The notes beneath the pieces are model-generated. The model ran no database searches. It was given only the letters and a program-made list of their open reading frames with translations, and had not been told where the DNA came from. From the sequence record PV231353.1: a DNA stretch of 64,000 nt. One strand, 5' to 3'. Positions within the stretch are counted from its first letter, which is position 1; each line of letters starts with the position of its first letter. This document shows, piece after piece, positions 56,201 to 64,000 of this stretch. The position numbers and the translations under genes are program-made.

Positions 56201-56937
56201 ACGACGTCAAGGAGTTCAACAACCGGGTGTTGCTGATGGCGATCACCTCGCGTTATATTGGTGGTCGCGTCCTCGGCTCCTCGAAGAACATCGAGATGCC
56301 GAACAACTCGATCTGGATCGCCACGGGCAACAACCCGCTGATCTCCTCGGAAATGGCCCGGCGGGTGGTCGACATCCGCCTCAACGCCAAGACCTCGGAC
56401 ATCCAGAAGCGCACCTACAAGCACCCCGACTACGTCCAGTGGCTCAAGGCCAATCGCGGCGAGATCGTCCACGCGATCCTCACCCTGATCGCCCATTGGA
56501 TCAACTGCGGCATGCCGAAGTTCACGGCCCGCAAGCGCGCGTCGTTCGAGGACTGGTCCGAGAAGGTGGGCGGCGTGCTGATGTGCGCCAACATCGAGGG
56601 CTTCCTGGACAACCGCCGCTCGGTCGCCGCCGACATGGATGAGGCCGCGATCAAGCAACTGGTCCGCGATTGGCTGCTCAAGTGGGGCGAGAAGACCCAG
56701 GTCAAGATCGCCGACCTGTGGAGCTACGCCTACGACATGGAACTCGACATCGTTTCGGGGGCCAACGACGACCAGAAGAAGGCCCGCTTCATGCGCATCC
56801 TTCCAACCCTGGACGGCCGGACGTTCAAGATGCCGCGCGGCGACTGCATGGTCCGCGCCGGCTCCGACGCCGACGGCAATGTCACCTATCATCTGGAGCG
56901 CCTGAGCGCGACGGAGGAGGTCCTGGAGACTGCCTGA
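53281..56937 (+). CDS. Large primase/helicase-like replication protein
   Basis: PrimPol-like 'D.SR.FYLP.H', Zn-binding 'ECPF...H...C...CQHESC', C-terminal SF3/VirE-like domain ('PTPGTGGT', 'LFFDDV', 'ATGNN'). Confidence 0.7.
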   Translation: MSHSFDFLAALFAAHEGPIAFEHNNKTVKTRDPAFVEEHDGELYVSPTTPDGRVAFVFGTDQDVDADVWEAFRLKPTVVLYKEKTGDMIVAWAFEETQEIDDVRRLAEALGMADLEEPIPLPGTNGWSLVRAEESDYYLLDEVERVYAPAKKTGYDDPPKNRQENRQISDTQSAQASEKAGKKASSKTGKKTGADTPPWDEDLGTYADAVIKRPYDEGDPALAQEIIVSVGANSKSMNWQPKAMPLGAFVAQFCQHREGAKDGVSFVLGDMVPGQRKKTAIKALYAVGLDVDVGMSSAAIDAALAKFGRMAVRYTTHSHLKAVTDVKKDVLIKWCEQEADGADYEEDEVLQRYFLAKELMTPDVAKTVEFNGTEHKDGGIMVTVKHAPIAKHRIIVPLAAAFDISKVAPTQKEAMDKWAKVPTALARELGVPLDKSCLDPSRLFYLPRHAKGKPFEISLFGGDLFDWKSLTLDDPFEAEIAKLTKGTSKSKTEAGRNLGRWSMKAAHGFQVVQVMEEHCPDKLRHQVSAGYEIECPFDELHSNAGDTEDRACLAVNAGDGPSEWFTVRCQHESCREFTNLDMLGKMVEDGWFDRDVLDDETYNIVEAENAPNPQAAKKIEKEDKAKEAYMQAIFDLPRSDFTDDDVEKVLRVCCEANLGTLAENKAKEALKARLGVTGTVINKMFKDMKATVAREQNAEGAVKDPLGRSIFAYAGEFNFDEAFACCFRALVNTNREKDQPIFSCLQDKPVRMAPEPDGRLKFTEIGTAASMGAELNELVTFVRKNEQGQGARGRVPDDVARHVFEKAYTRLPRTPEIMYTPIYTAEGDLIRKPGWYQNLDILMADIGFDVPKVFSDPTPEEVEDAVKLLTDEVLIDFPFLDYDTAGNERREPSMANALAMLITPFMRRMIDSCTPVFFVSKPTPGTGGTFLGMVPIILFDGEEPAPIRYTQNEEEMQKALLASLMNSKAYLFFDDVKEFNNRVLLMAITSRYIGGRVLGSSKNIEMPNNSIWIATGNNPLISSEMARRVVDIRLNAKTSDIQKRTYKHPDYVQWLKANRGEIVHAILTLIAHWINCGMPKFTARKRASFEDWSEKVGGVLMCANIEGFLDNRRSVAADMDEAAIKQLVRDWLLKWGEKTQVKIADLWSYAYDMELDIVSGANDDQKKARFMRILPTLDGRTFKMPRGDCMVRAGSDADGNVTYHLERLSATEEVLETA

Positions 56938-56965
56938 CGGGGGTGAGTGCTCCAGGCCCACGAGA

Positions 56966-56995
56966 AAGGCCCCAGGATCGCTCCTGGGGCCTTTT
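56966..56995. terminator. Bidirectional terminator
   Basis: aaaggccccagga-tcgc-tcctggggcctttt. Confidence 0.88.
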
Positions 56996-57015
56996 GAGTG
57001 TCTGAGGCTGGCCGA

Positions 57016-57360
57016 CTAGAGCCAGATGATCTGAGGGGCCTTGCCGCGCTTCCTGACGATCTGCACGAGGCCTTCGGCGACGAGCTTGCCGTACAACCGG
57101 TCGAGCGAGGCGGTCTTGGTCCGGCCTTTGTCCCCGGCTTGCTGGCGCCGCCGCGCCTTGCGGTTCATCGCCTCCCGTCCGTAGGTCATCTCGATCCCGG
57201 TCTGGAGGTCCTGGCGCGTCAGCTTGCCGCTGGCGAGGGCTTGATCGAGCACCTCCACGGCCTCGGGCGGGTACTTCTCCCGCGCGGCCTTCAGATAGGC
57301 CGCCTTCTCCTCGGGGGATAGAGTTTCGACGGGGTCTTGTTCGGGGGTCGGCGCGGTCAT
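57016..57360 (-). CDS. Hypothetical protein
   Basis: GGAG RBS, coding bias. Confidence 0.65.
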   Translation of the reverse strand: MTAPTPEQDPVETLSPEEKAAYLKAAREKYPPEAVEVLDQALASGKLTRQDLQTGIEMTYGREAMNRKARRRQQAGDKGRTKTASLDRLYGKLVAEGLVQIVRKRGKAPQIIWL

Positions 57361-57475
57361 GAAAATCTCCAGGCGCGGGAATGTCACCCCTGATGACACA
57401 CCCAGCACGAGACGTAAAGTGTTGACAGACGACACTCGCAGCCGGTATTGAACCTCCTGTACGGTAAGGGAAAAC

Positions 57476-58075
57476 ATGATCGACGACGAGTCAGACTGGC
57501 AGGAAGGCGAGCTTTCGCCGCCCCGCGCCCCGATCACCACCAAGGACCTGACGGCCGCCGCCCAGAGCGTCGCCGGCGGGCGCATGGCGGCGATGCGGGC
57601 GGCTGGAGAATCCCATCGACGCGATTTCCTGATCCTGCGTGGACCGCTGGGCGTTGTCCGGCTCTCGTTCGCGCATGTTCCGGTCCTCCAGGCGCTTTGG
57701 CGTGTCTGGGCTCGCAAGCGGCTCCAGCGGATCGATGATCCCGGCGCCAATCTTGCAGAGATCGGAGCCGAGATGGGTTTGGAGGTCAGCGCGGTCCGCC
57801 CGGTGATCACCAGCCTGCACAAGAACCGACTGATCCGCACGCGCCGCAGCCACCACGGCTGGCAGGGCGTGCGGGCGACCTACTACCCGTCGGAGATCGC
57901 CGTCCAGGCCCTGGGCTTGGCGGAGGTCCTCGGCCCTGGTCACGCCGTCCAGGTGGGGCGTAACGCCTCGGCCTGGGCGAGCCGCAGCCAGACCGAGCCC
58001 GGCAACCTGTTCCAACACGCCGCGCTGTTGCGGGGCGGGGCTCATGCCAGGGCCTACGATTCGGAGTATTCATGA
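57476..58075 (+). CDS. Winged-HTH DNA-binding protein
   Basis: 'LAEIGAEMGLEVSAVRPVITSLHKNRLI' HTH-like segment. Confidence 0.6.
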   Translation: MIDDESDWQEGELSPPRAPITTKDLTAAAQSVAGGRMAAMRAAGESHRRDFLILRGPLGVVRLSFAHVPVLQALWRVWARKRLQRIDDPGANLAEIGAEMGLEVSAVRPVITSLHKNRLIRTRRSHHGWQGVRATYYPSEIAVQALGLAEVLGPGHAVQVGRNASAWASRSQTEPGNLFQHAALLRGGAHARAYDSEYS

Positions 58076-58076
58076 A

Positions 58077-58493
58077 ATGCCGCAAACCGCGAAAGACCTC
58101 AAAGCCGCCGACGTCCAGCCCGCCGGGGCTAAGGGAAGCGCGCAGCCTGGAGGTGCTGAAGGGGCGACCTCCACGGGTGCGGTCCTTCTGAGCAAGGAGG
58201 CCATCGGCCAGATCGGGGAAGCCCTCGGCGGCCGGACCCATTGGCAGGCCTCGATCGCGCGTCGGGTCGGCGTCTCCAAGTCGCAGATCACCCGCTATCT
58301 CAATGGCGATCGCACGCCCAACACCGCCCTGGGCGACATCTTCATGGACCTGATCGTCGGGAACATCGAGGAACTGTCCGACCTCCTGAGCACGCCCGGC
58401 CTGCCCGAGGCCGAGGGCGCGGTGGTCGCCGAAGCCCAGCGCCACATCCAGCAAGCCGTGCAGTTGCTGCGCGACAAAATCCTGTATTCCTGA
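58077..58493 (+). CDS. XRE-like HTH protein
   Basis: 'WQASIARRVGVSKSQITRYLNG.R.P'. Confidence 0.7.
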   Translation: MPQTAKDLKAADVQPAGAKGSAQPGGAEGATSTGAVLLSKEAIGQIGEALGGRTHWQASIARRVGVSKSQITRYLNGDRTPNTALGDIFMDLIVGNIEELSDLLSTPGLPEAEGAVVAEAQRHIQQAVQLLRDKILYS

Positions 58494-58501
58494 GGTCCCG
58501 C

Positions 58502-58972
58502 ATGTCCCTGATTGAGAAGCTCAACAACGACGCCCTGGCCGCCCGCAAGGCGGCGATGCGCAAGGAAGCCGGCGGCGAGCACGCCGTTCTCCTGGCGACG
58601 GTCGCGGCGGACGCCGCCATGATCGCCAAGAACGACCGCCAGAACCCCGGCCGCGACGTCACGGACGAGGACGTCGTCGCCACGCTGAAGAAGCACATCG
58701 GCGGCATCGACACCACCCTGGCGGAACTGACCAAGCGCGGCCGGTCCGAGGAGGAGCAGTCGCGCTTCATCGTCGAGCGCCGGCGCCTGGAGGCCTATCT
58801 GCCCCAGACCCTGTCGGGCGGCGATCTGACCGACGCGATCCACGCCACGGCCGCCAAGCTCGGCGTCGACCTGCACGTCAAGAGCACCAAGGCGATCGTC
58901 GCCGATCTGCAAGAGCAGTTCCCTGGCCAGATTGATTCTTCGGAAGTCGCGCGCTATCTTAAGAACGTCTGA
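58502..58972 (+). CDS. GatB/YqeY-domain protein
   Basis: 'VTDEDVV..LKK', 'E...LEAYLPQ.LS..DL'. Confidence 0.8.
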   Translation: MSLIEKLNNDALAARKAAMRKEAGGEHAVLLATVAADAAMIAKNDRQNPGRDVTDEDVVATLKKHIGGIDTTLAELTKRGRSEEEQSRFIVERRRLEAYLPQTLSGGDLTDAIHATAAKLGVDLHVKSTKAIVADLQEQFPGQIDSSEVARYLKNV

Positions 58973-58999
58973 TCCCAGACGAAATCCCAGTCAGAACTT

Positions 59000-59030
59000 A
59001 AAAGGCCCCGGAGCGATCCGGGGCCTTTTT
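59000..59030. terminator. Bidirectional terminator
   Basis: aaaaggccccgga-gcga-tccggggccttttt. Confidence 0.88.
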
Positions 59031-59050
59031 CTATTGGTGGACGGGGCGCC

Positions 59051-60112
59051 TCACGCCGCTTCCGTCTCGGGACCATCCTTGATCCAGGCCGCGTAGAGGT
59101 CTTCCAGGACCTTGACGCGCGCCGGGTCCATGTCGGACGGATCGCGGATGCCTTCGAAGACCCCATGGCGCGGCAGGTCGTAGTCGCCAGCCAGGGCGTA
59201 GCTCATCTTGATGAACTTCCCCAGCGGCGGGTTGTCATAGAATTCCGCCTTCTGCTTGGCGTTGAGCCCCGAGGCGACCCTGGCGACCTTGCCGGGCCAT
59301 TCAGGGAAGATGACCAGCAGGCCGCCGGCGATGCCCTTGCCGACCTTGCCCGCCTTGTGGGTCGAGCGCTTGGTGTAGCCGCGCTCGTCGAGCGTGGCCT
59401 CGTTGGTGTTGGCCTTCTCCTCGTAGCGCCCGACGCAGACGCCCTCCAGGTCGGCCTTGTCCTTGGCCTTGACGTTGAACCCCTCCAGCACGGTCGAGCG
59501 GCCGGGCTTGTAGGGGCCGTCGATCGCGCAGAAGATCAGCCCCTCGTCGTCGTTCTCCAAGGCCTCGTAGAACATCGCCACGGCCTGCTCGGCGGTTTCG
59601 AGCAGGCGCTGCTCCAGGACGATGACCCAGGGCGGCAGGTCCCCTTCCAGCGCCTTGAGGGCGGCGAGACGCTCGGCCTTGCCGCCCGGCGCCAGGAAGT
59701 GCTCGAAGACGTAGTAGCGGATGTCCGGCTCGCCCTCCTGGGTCATGACCGCCGAGGTCGAGCCCCGGAAGTTCAGCTTGCCGTCGGTCAGGATGCCGAT
59801 TTCGCCATCCAGGCCGTGCGGCAGGGTCGACAGGAGCCGGCGCACGTGGTGATTGGGGATGTACTTGAGCGAGCGAGTGATCCCGTGTCCGATCTCATCG
59901 ACCTCGGTCGTCACCCAGCCCTGCTCCGTATGGATCAGCGCCGCCTCGATCTTGTCGGGATGCACCGGAGAGACGCTGGCCCGCACCCCGTCTTTCTTGA
60001 ACGAGGCATAGCACGGGAATTTGATCCGCGCGGCGAACTCGCTCGGCTTGACCGAGTCGGTGTCGGCCAGGGCGATGCGGAATCGCTTGTAGGGCTTGAA
60101 CGGCTTGCTCAT
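59051..60112 (-). CDS. ATP-dependent DNA ligase
   Basis: 'SFKKDGVRA' adenylation motif, 'LDGEI', 'EGL', 'YK.GRST', 'LPRHGVF'. Confidence 0.9.
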   Translation of the reverse strand: MSKPFKPYKRFRIALADTDSVKPSEFAARIKFPCYASFKKDGVRASVSPVHPDKIEAALIHTEQGWVTTEVDEIGHGITRSLKYIPNHHVRRLLSTLPHGLDGEIGILTDGKLNFRGSTSAVMTQEGEPDIRYYVFEHFLAPGGKAERLAALKALEGDLPPWVIVLEQRLLETAEQAVAMFYEALENDDEGLIFCAIDGPYKPGRSTVLEGFNVKAKDKADLEGVCVGRYEEKANTNEATLDERGYTKRSTHKAGKVGKGIAGGLLVIFPEWPGKVARVASGLNAKQKAEFYDNPPLGKFIKMSYALAGDYDLPRHGVFEGIRDPSDMDPARVKVLEDLYAAWIKDGPETEAA

Positions 60113-60561
60113 CTCAACTTTCCCTCGATCAGTTTGAGGCCGGGCTGATCCCGGTTCATTTGGTAGACGGCGTAGCGATCGCCATTGAACTCGACGCTGT
60201 AGACGGTCATGTCGGCGTTGAGGCACTGCATCCACATGTTCCGCGTGCCCGGCCCGCCAGGGAAGGCCACGCAGACATCGGCCCCGCTCTCCACGCGCAT
60301 CCGGGTGTTGCGGTTCTTCGGCGCGTCGTCGCCTTCGCCGTCCAGGGCCGGATCGACGGGATAGACCTCGATGCCAAAGCCCCATTTCTCGGCCCAGGCG
60401 CGGCAGAGCCGGTCATAGCCCTCGGCGTCGCCGTCGACCCAGACCATGTCGCGCGGCCAGCGAAGCATCGACACCAGGGCCGAAAGTACCAGTCGCGGGG
60501 CCTGCTCGACGACCCCGACCCGGCCGCCGCAGACCACCGCCTTGAACGGATCAGGCTTCAT
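60109..60561 (-). CDS. DUF2493/SLOG-like protein
   Basis: 'VVCGGR', 'G.A.G.D......WA', 'RN..M', 'AFPGG.GT..M'. Confidence 0.8.
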   Translation of the reverse strand: MKPDPFKAVVCGGRVGVVEQAPRLVLSALVSMLRWPRDMVWVDGDAEGYDRLCRAWAEKWGFGIEVYPVDPALDGEGDDAPKNRNTRMRVESGADVCVAFPGGPGTRNMWMQCLNADMTVYSVEFNGDRYAVYQMNRDQPGLKLIEGKLR

Positions 60562-61270
60562 CGCCGAAAATCTCCGGATCGAGCACGTCTTCCTCCATGT
60601 CGATGAACCCCTGTAGCGGCTGGCGCGGCTCGACGCGCCTGTTCTCCAGCATGATCTCGTCATGCACCCGCATCTGCGGGATGTAGTCGTACTCGAAGCG
60701 CCGCTGCCGGAGGCCGAGCGCGTCGAGGCTCATGTGCCGGCCGTGATGGCGCTGGGCGTCGGACAGGAATTCCTGATAGGCGGCCCGCGTCGAGGTGGCA
60801 TGGCGGGCGGCGTCGGACAGCGCGGCGGTCAGGGGCTTGAACGAGGTGGCCCCGTCGCTCATCTCGGTGATGGTGTCGAAGAAGGGCTCCAGGTCCGCCA
60901 CCCCGCGCGGGCCGATCCCCAGCCATCCCGCCAGTCGTTCAGGCTTGACGTCGTAGCACGAGCCGTCGATCGCCCAGGCGCCCTCCTTGGGGTCCCAGGT
61001 CCAGGGCGCGTCGTTCATCGTCGCCAACACCCCGAAGGCGTCGCAGCGGTCCTTGCCGTCGCGCAGCACCCCGTAGCCGAACTTGGCCTTGCCAAGCATC
61101 GTGGTCCATTCGAGCAACACCGTCGGCTCGATGTTCAGCGCCGAAAGATGCCGGGCCAGACGGCGCGTGTTGGCGGAGGCCGGCGAGGAAATGCCCAGCA
61201 CGTCGTGCTCGAAGATCGCCCAGTCCTCGTAGTCGGCGAACCGGCAATGTTCGGGATAGTCCTCGAACAC
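60551..61270 (-). CDS. Hypothetical protein (true start probably upstream)
   Basis: Coding-like frame extends to about 61315 without ATG. Confidence 0.6.
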   Translation of the reverse strand: MFEDYPEHCRFADYEDWAIFEHDVLGISSPASANTRRLARHLSALNIEPTVLLEWTTMLGKAKFGYGVLRDGKDRCDAFGVLATMNDAPWTWDPKEGAWAIDGSCYDVKPERLAGWLGIGPRGVADLEPFFDTITEMSDGATSFKPLTAALSDAARHATSTRAAYQEFLSDAQRHHGRHMSLDALGLRQRRFEYDYIPQMRVHDEIMLENRRVEPRQPLQGFIDMEEDVLDPEIFGDEA

Positions 61271-61310
61271 GCGGTCGCGGTCGTATTTCGGGTCGTAGAT
61301 GTCGCGGAAG

Positions 61311-62186
61311 TCATAGTGCCGCCCGCCACCGCAGAATCAAGGTGGGGTTCGTGTTGAGCCTCAGGGCGTAGCCGAGTTCGATGTAGCGATTTTGGCGCTC
61401 GGCCGCGCGCCCCAGCGTCGAGGAATCAGGCATCCAGCATCCGGTCCACTCCCCTTCCGGCCCCCAGATGAACAACTGCGCGATCTCCGGGCGGATGTTG
61501 CGCAGGTGCGGCTCGGTGGGCGGCAAGTAATAGGCCAGATCACCGATCTTGACCCGCATGCTCTGGACGTGATGCTCGTAGCGGCGCACGGCGTCGTTAT
61601 AGCGACCGCCTGAAAAAGGCTCGATCATCCTGGTCGCCATCGCGTAGTCCTTACTCATCAGCCAGTCCATGGCTTGCTTCTGATAGGGGTAGGGCTGAAA
61701 GGCCTTGACCATCTTCTGGCTTATGACCGTCTCGGACTTCAGTATCTGGGCCATGGTCTCCTGGAGGCGCGACTTGCCGGCTTGCCGGGGCGCGACGAGG
61801 AGGTCTCCCAGGCCCAGGGTGGTGTCCTCGATGATCTTGAGGTCGTTCCAGGACGTCGCGTGCGTGGTGACGCTCCCCACGGGCGAGGCGGGGTCGACCC
61901 CGAGGATCATCTTGCCGATCTTGTGGTCGAACGCCGCCACGATCTGCTCGATCTTCGAGAGCGGCGCGGTGTCGTCGAGCGGATAGGCCACGTCGAGCGT
62001 GCTCGACGGCAGCGGCGGCTTGGCGTAGGCTTCCCGCAGCTTCATGAGCGCGTCGGCCGCCTTGCCGGTTGGGGCGATGACCTGGGCGATCGCCGTTTCC
62101 GGCGGACGGGCGGTCTTGCCGCCCAGGCCCAGATTGCTCAGGAAGGCCGGCTCAGGCGGAACGGAGGGGGACGACAGGCTGATCAC
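61311..62186 (-). CDS. Hypothetical protein (start uncertain)
   Basis: Long ORF; contains terminase-like 'APRQAGKS' and 'PYPYQKQ' fragments. Confidence 0.5.
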   Translation of the reverse strand: MISLSSPSVPPEPAFLSNLGLGGKTARPPETAIAQVIAPTGKAADALMKLREAYAKPPLPSSTLDVAYPLDDTAPLSKIEQIVAAFDHKIGKMILGVDPASPVGSVTTHATSWNDLKIIEDTTLGLGDLLVAPRQAGKSRLQETMAQILKSETVISQKMVKAFQPYPYQKQAMDWLMSKDYAMATRMIEPFSGGRYNDAVRRYEHHVQSMRVKIGDLAYYLPPTEPHLRNIRPEIAQLFIWGPEGEWTGCWMPDSSTLGRAAERQNRYIELGYALRLNTNPTLILRWRAAL

Positions 62187-62790
62187 CTCGGAGATAGAGG
62201 GGATGGCGCGGGTGGCCGTCCTTGGACTTCCCGAGGCACTTGACCTCGACCCCGGTGATTTCCGCCTGTTGGACCGCGCCATAATCCTGATCCTTGAACT
62301 CTCCATGCACGCCCCAGGCGGCGATCACGTCGGCGCCGGCGGTCATGGCATATTCGAACACGTGCTGGAGGACGCGGGCGTTCATCGGCCCGATCGGGTC
62401 CTCGGCGGCCTTCATCTCCGCCGGCGAGGGCGAGCGGAAGGCGAAGAGATTGGCGACGATGATCCCGCCATAGTCGTCCCGACGCGCGAAGCCCATGCAG
62501 CGGCGGATCGTCGGATCGTCCAGCCGCGCCGTCGCGGTCGACGGGTTCAGCATCAGGAAGATCAGCAGCGGCTTGCCAGGGTCCCAGACCCGCATGAGGA
62601 GATAGCGGAAGGTCTCGCACCGCGACAGCAGGGCGGCTTTGATCACGCCATCCTCCACCACCGCGTCGCCGTAGACGTCGGTCAGGTCGGGATCGAACAC
62701 GGCCTCCAGCGAGGTTCCATCCAGGACCTGGAGCAGGCCCTTCCAGGTGGCTTCCACCGCCTCGGCGGTGATCTGGGGTGCTGTCGTCAT
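62152..62790 (-). CDS. DUF1643 family protein
   Basis: 'FRY.L.R.WD', 'MLNPSTA....DD.TI.RC..FA', 'NLFA.RS..P', 'HP.HPLY'. Confidence 0.9.
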   Translation of the reverse strand: MTTAPQITAEAVEATWKGLLQVLDGTSLEAVFDPDLTDVYGDAVVEDGVIKAALLSRCETFRYLLMRVWDPGKPLLIFLMLNPSTATARLDDPTIRRCMGFARRDDYGGIIVANLFAFRSPSPAEMKAAEDPIGPMNARVLQHVFEYAMTAGADVIAAWGVHGEFKDQDYGAVQQAEITGVEVKCLGKSKDGHPRHPLYLRGDQPVVPLRSA

Positions 62791-62837
62791 TCCTGACATT
62801 TGCCCTGAAATACCAGGGTCTGTCAACGCTTGAAATC

Positions 62838-62868
62838 AAAAGGGCCGCCCCAGCGGGACGGCCCTTTC
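62838..62868 (-). terminator. Rho-independent terminator
   Basis: agggccgtccc-gctg-gggcggccctttt on the minus strand. Confidence 0.75.
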
Positions 62869-63088
62869 TCGATCTTGTCGAACTTCGCCGATCCGAAACC
62901 GGGGCTTCCCGGCGACCGCCTCGGAGTTCGACCTTGTAGCGCCTCTAACGCTTGCCCCGCGTCGCGGCTTGGGAGCACCGAGCCTTGACGCTGATCTAGT
63001 GGGCGGCAGGTGATCGCGGCGGTCATTGCCTCCTTCAAGGGCGAGGCCCTCTCATGCCCGCGCAGCTTAGGCGGCGGCGCGGATCACG

Positions 63089-63451
63089 TCAATCCCCCGG
63101 ATAGCTGGCGCAGACCTCGCGCAGGATAGAGCGCAGCGGCTCGCCCGGCACCGCCAGGGGCTTGAGCTTGCGGCTCTCGTCCCAGGCCATGGCGTTGGCG
63201 TGCAGAAGCCAGAGCACGAAGGCGCGCAGGTCCTTGACCCCGTCGGGCAGCGGGATGCCGCGCGCGGTGGGGACGTGGAAGACCCGCCCATCATCCGTGT
63301 ACGCGAGAACCTCGTCGAGCACCGTGGCCCGCTTCTTGGCCTCGGCGAGGACAGCGACACCTTTCTGGAATTCGCTGACCTGGATGAGCGCCCGGCGCTC
63401 CTTAGGGAAGTGGGTCTTGGTCCACCAGGAGGGCTTGCTGTTTGAGGACAC
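63089..63451 (-). CDS. Hypothetical protein (start uncertain)
   Basis: Coding-like from about 63390. Confidence 0.5.
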   Translation of the reverse strand: MSSNSKPSWWTKTHFPKERRALIQVSEFQKGVAVLAEAKKRATVLDEVLAYTDDGRVFHVPTARGIPLPDGVKDLRAFVLWLLHANAMAWDESRKLKPLAVPGEPLRSILREVCASYPGD

Positions 63452-63665
63452 GGTTACGCTCCAGGAGGGCACGCAGCGAGGGGATGTCGCCGTCCGCCAT
63501 CTGGTAGAGGCGGACGAACTCGTCGTAGTCGTACTCGTTGATGAGGTCCCGCATCGCCTGCGGGAGCTTGTCGATGGTCTTGAAGAGCCGGCGCCGATAG
63601 CGCTGGGCCTCCATGCGCCGGCGGATGGCGGCGTGGCGCGTCTTGGCCGCCCGAACGCGCCGCAT
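63402..63665 (-). CDS. Hypothetical basic protein
   Basis: ATG overlaps upstream TGA. Confidence 0.6.
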   Translation of the reverse strand: MRRVRAAKTRHAAIRRRMEAQRYRRRLFKTIDKLPQAMRDLINEYDYDEFVRLYQMADGDIPSLRALLERNRVLKQQALLVDQDPLP

Positions 63666-64000
63666 CAGGCCGCCGGGGCGATCCAGTCCTCGCGGTCGTC
63701 GGCGTAGAGCACCGCCGCCAGCTTCCCCGTGCCGATGTCGCACTTGGCCGCCGCCTCGACCGCCTGGGGCGCGGTGGCCCCCATATGGAGCGCGCCCAAG
63801 GCCGACCACGTGCCCGAGCCGAAGGCGTAGAACGGCGCGCGCATGGTGTAGGCCGGCGCGCCGCTCTCGAACCGCAGGCAAAGACCATCGGGCAGGATGA
63901 TGTAGCCGTTGGTCTCCTTGTCCGGCTTCTCGGGGCGCCCCATGTCGCAATAGGCGTCGCGCCCGCCGCTGGCCAGCCACTCGTCGAAGGCCGGCGAGCG
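63665..64000 (-). CDS. HslV/proteasome-subunit-like protein, 3' part (truncated by window)
   Basis: 'FYAFGSG...ALGAL..GA.A.QAV..A...D..TG' Ntn-hydrolase-like motif. Confidence 0.6.
   Translation of the reverse strand, partial: RSPAFDEWLASGGRDAYCDMGRPEKPDKETNGYIILPDGLCLRFESGAPAYTMRAPFYAFGSGTWSALGALHMGATAPQAVEAAAKCDIGTGKLAAVLYADDREDWIAPAA

Noticed and set aside
61600-61800. Terminase large subunit (APRQAGKS, PYPYQ motifs)
   Set aside because: Motif fragments are in reversed order in a short ORF with no other terminase motifs.

Overview
64-kb segment of a large, GC-rich lytic siphophage genome. Gene content and order match the phiCbK-like Caulobacter phages; this assignment is inferred from gene content, not from a database search. 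1-18.0 kb (+): tail and lysis module (3' part of tape measure, GTA-like distal tail/hub/NlpC-P60/central-fibre genes, paralogous fibre proteins, endolysin, spanins, holin candidate). 18.4-38.8 kb (-): DNA and nucleotide metabolism (XRE regulator, dUTPase, NrdB-glutaredoxin fusion, intein-containing NrdA, ThyX, dNMP kinase, RecD-like helicase, SSB-like protein, nucleases, family A polymerase, two methyltransferases, a frameshifted phosphoesterase). 38.8-41.95 kb: a protein-free RNA island. It holds a ~0.6-kb ROOL-like RNA, a ~0.87-kb GOLLD-like RNA with an embedded tRNA-Lys body, a two-piece tmRNA, a permuted tRNA-like (YrlA-like) element, three tRNAs (two with unexpected long variable arms) and several unassigned structured elements. 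A further unassigned ~290-nt structured RNA with its own promoter and terminator lies at 18.06-18.35 kb. 42-64 kb: SNF2-like helicase, glycosylase, rIIA/rIIB, tyrosine recombinase, large primase-like protein, HTH proteins, YqeY, DNA ligase and hypotheticals. A promoter motif GTC(G/A)TGAATCTTGAC (a GANTC site fused to a -35 box) recurs about 11 times, often beside CtrA-type TTAACCAT sites. RNA family assignments are by eye and from recalled motifs and need covariance-model confirmation.
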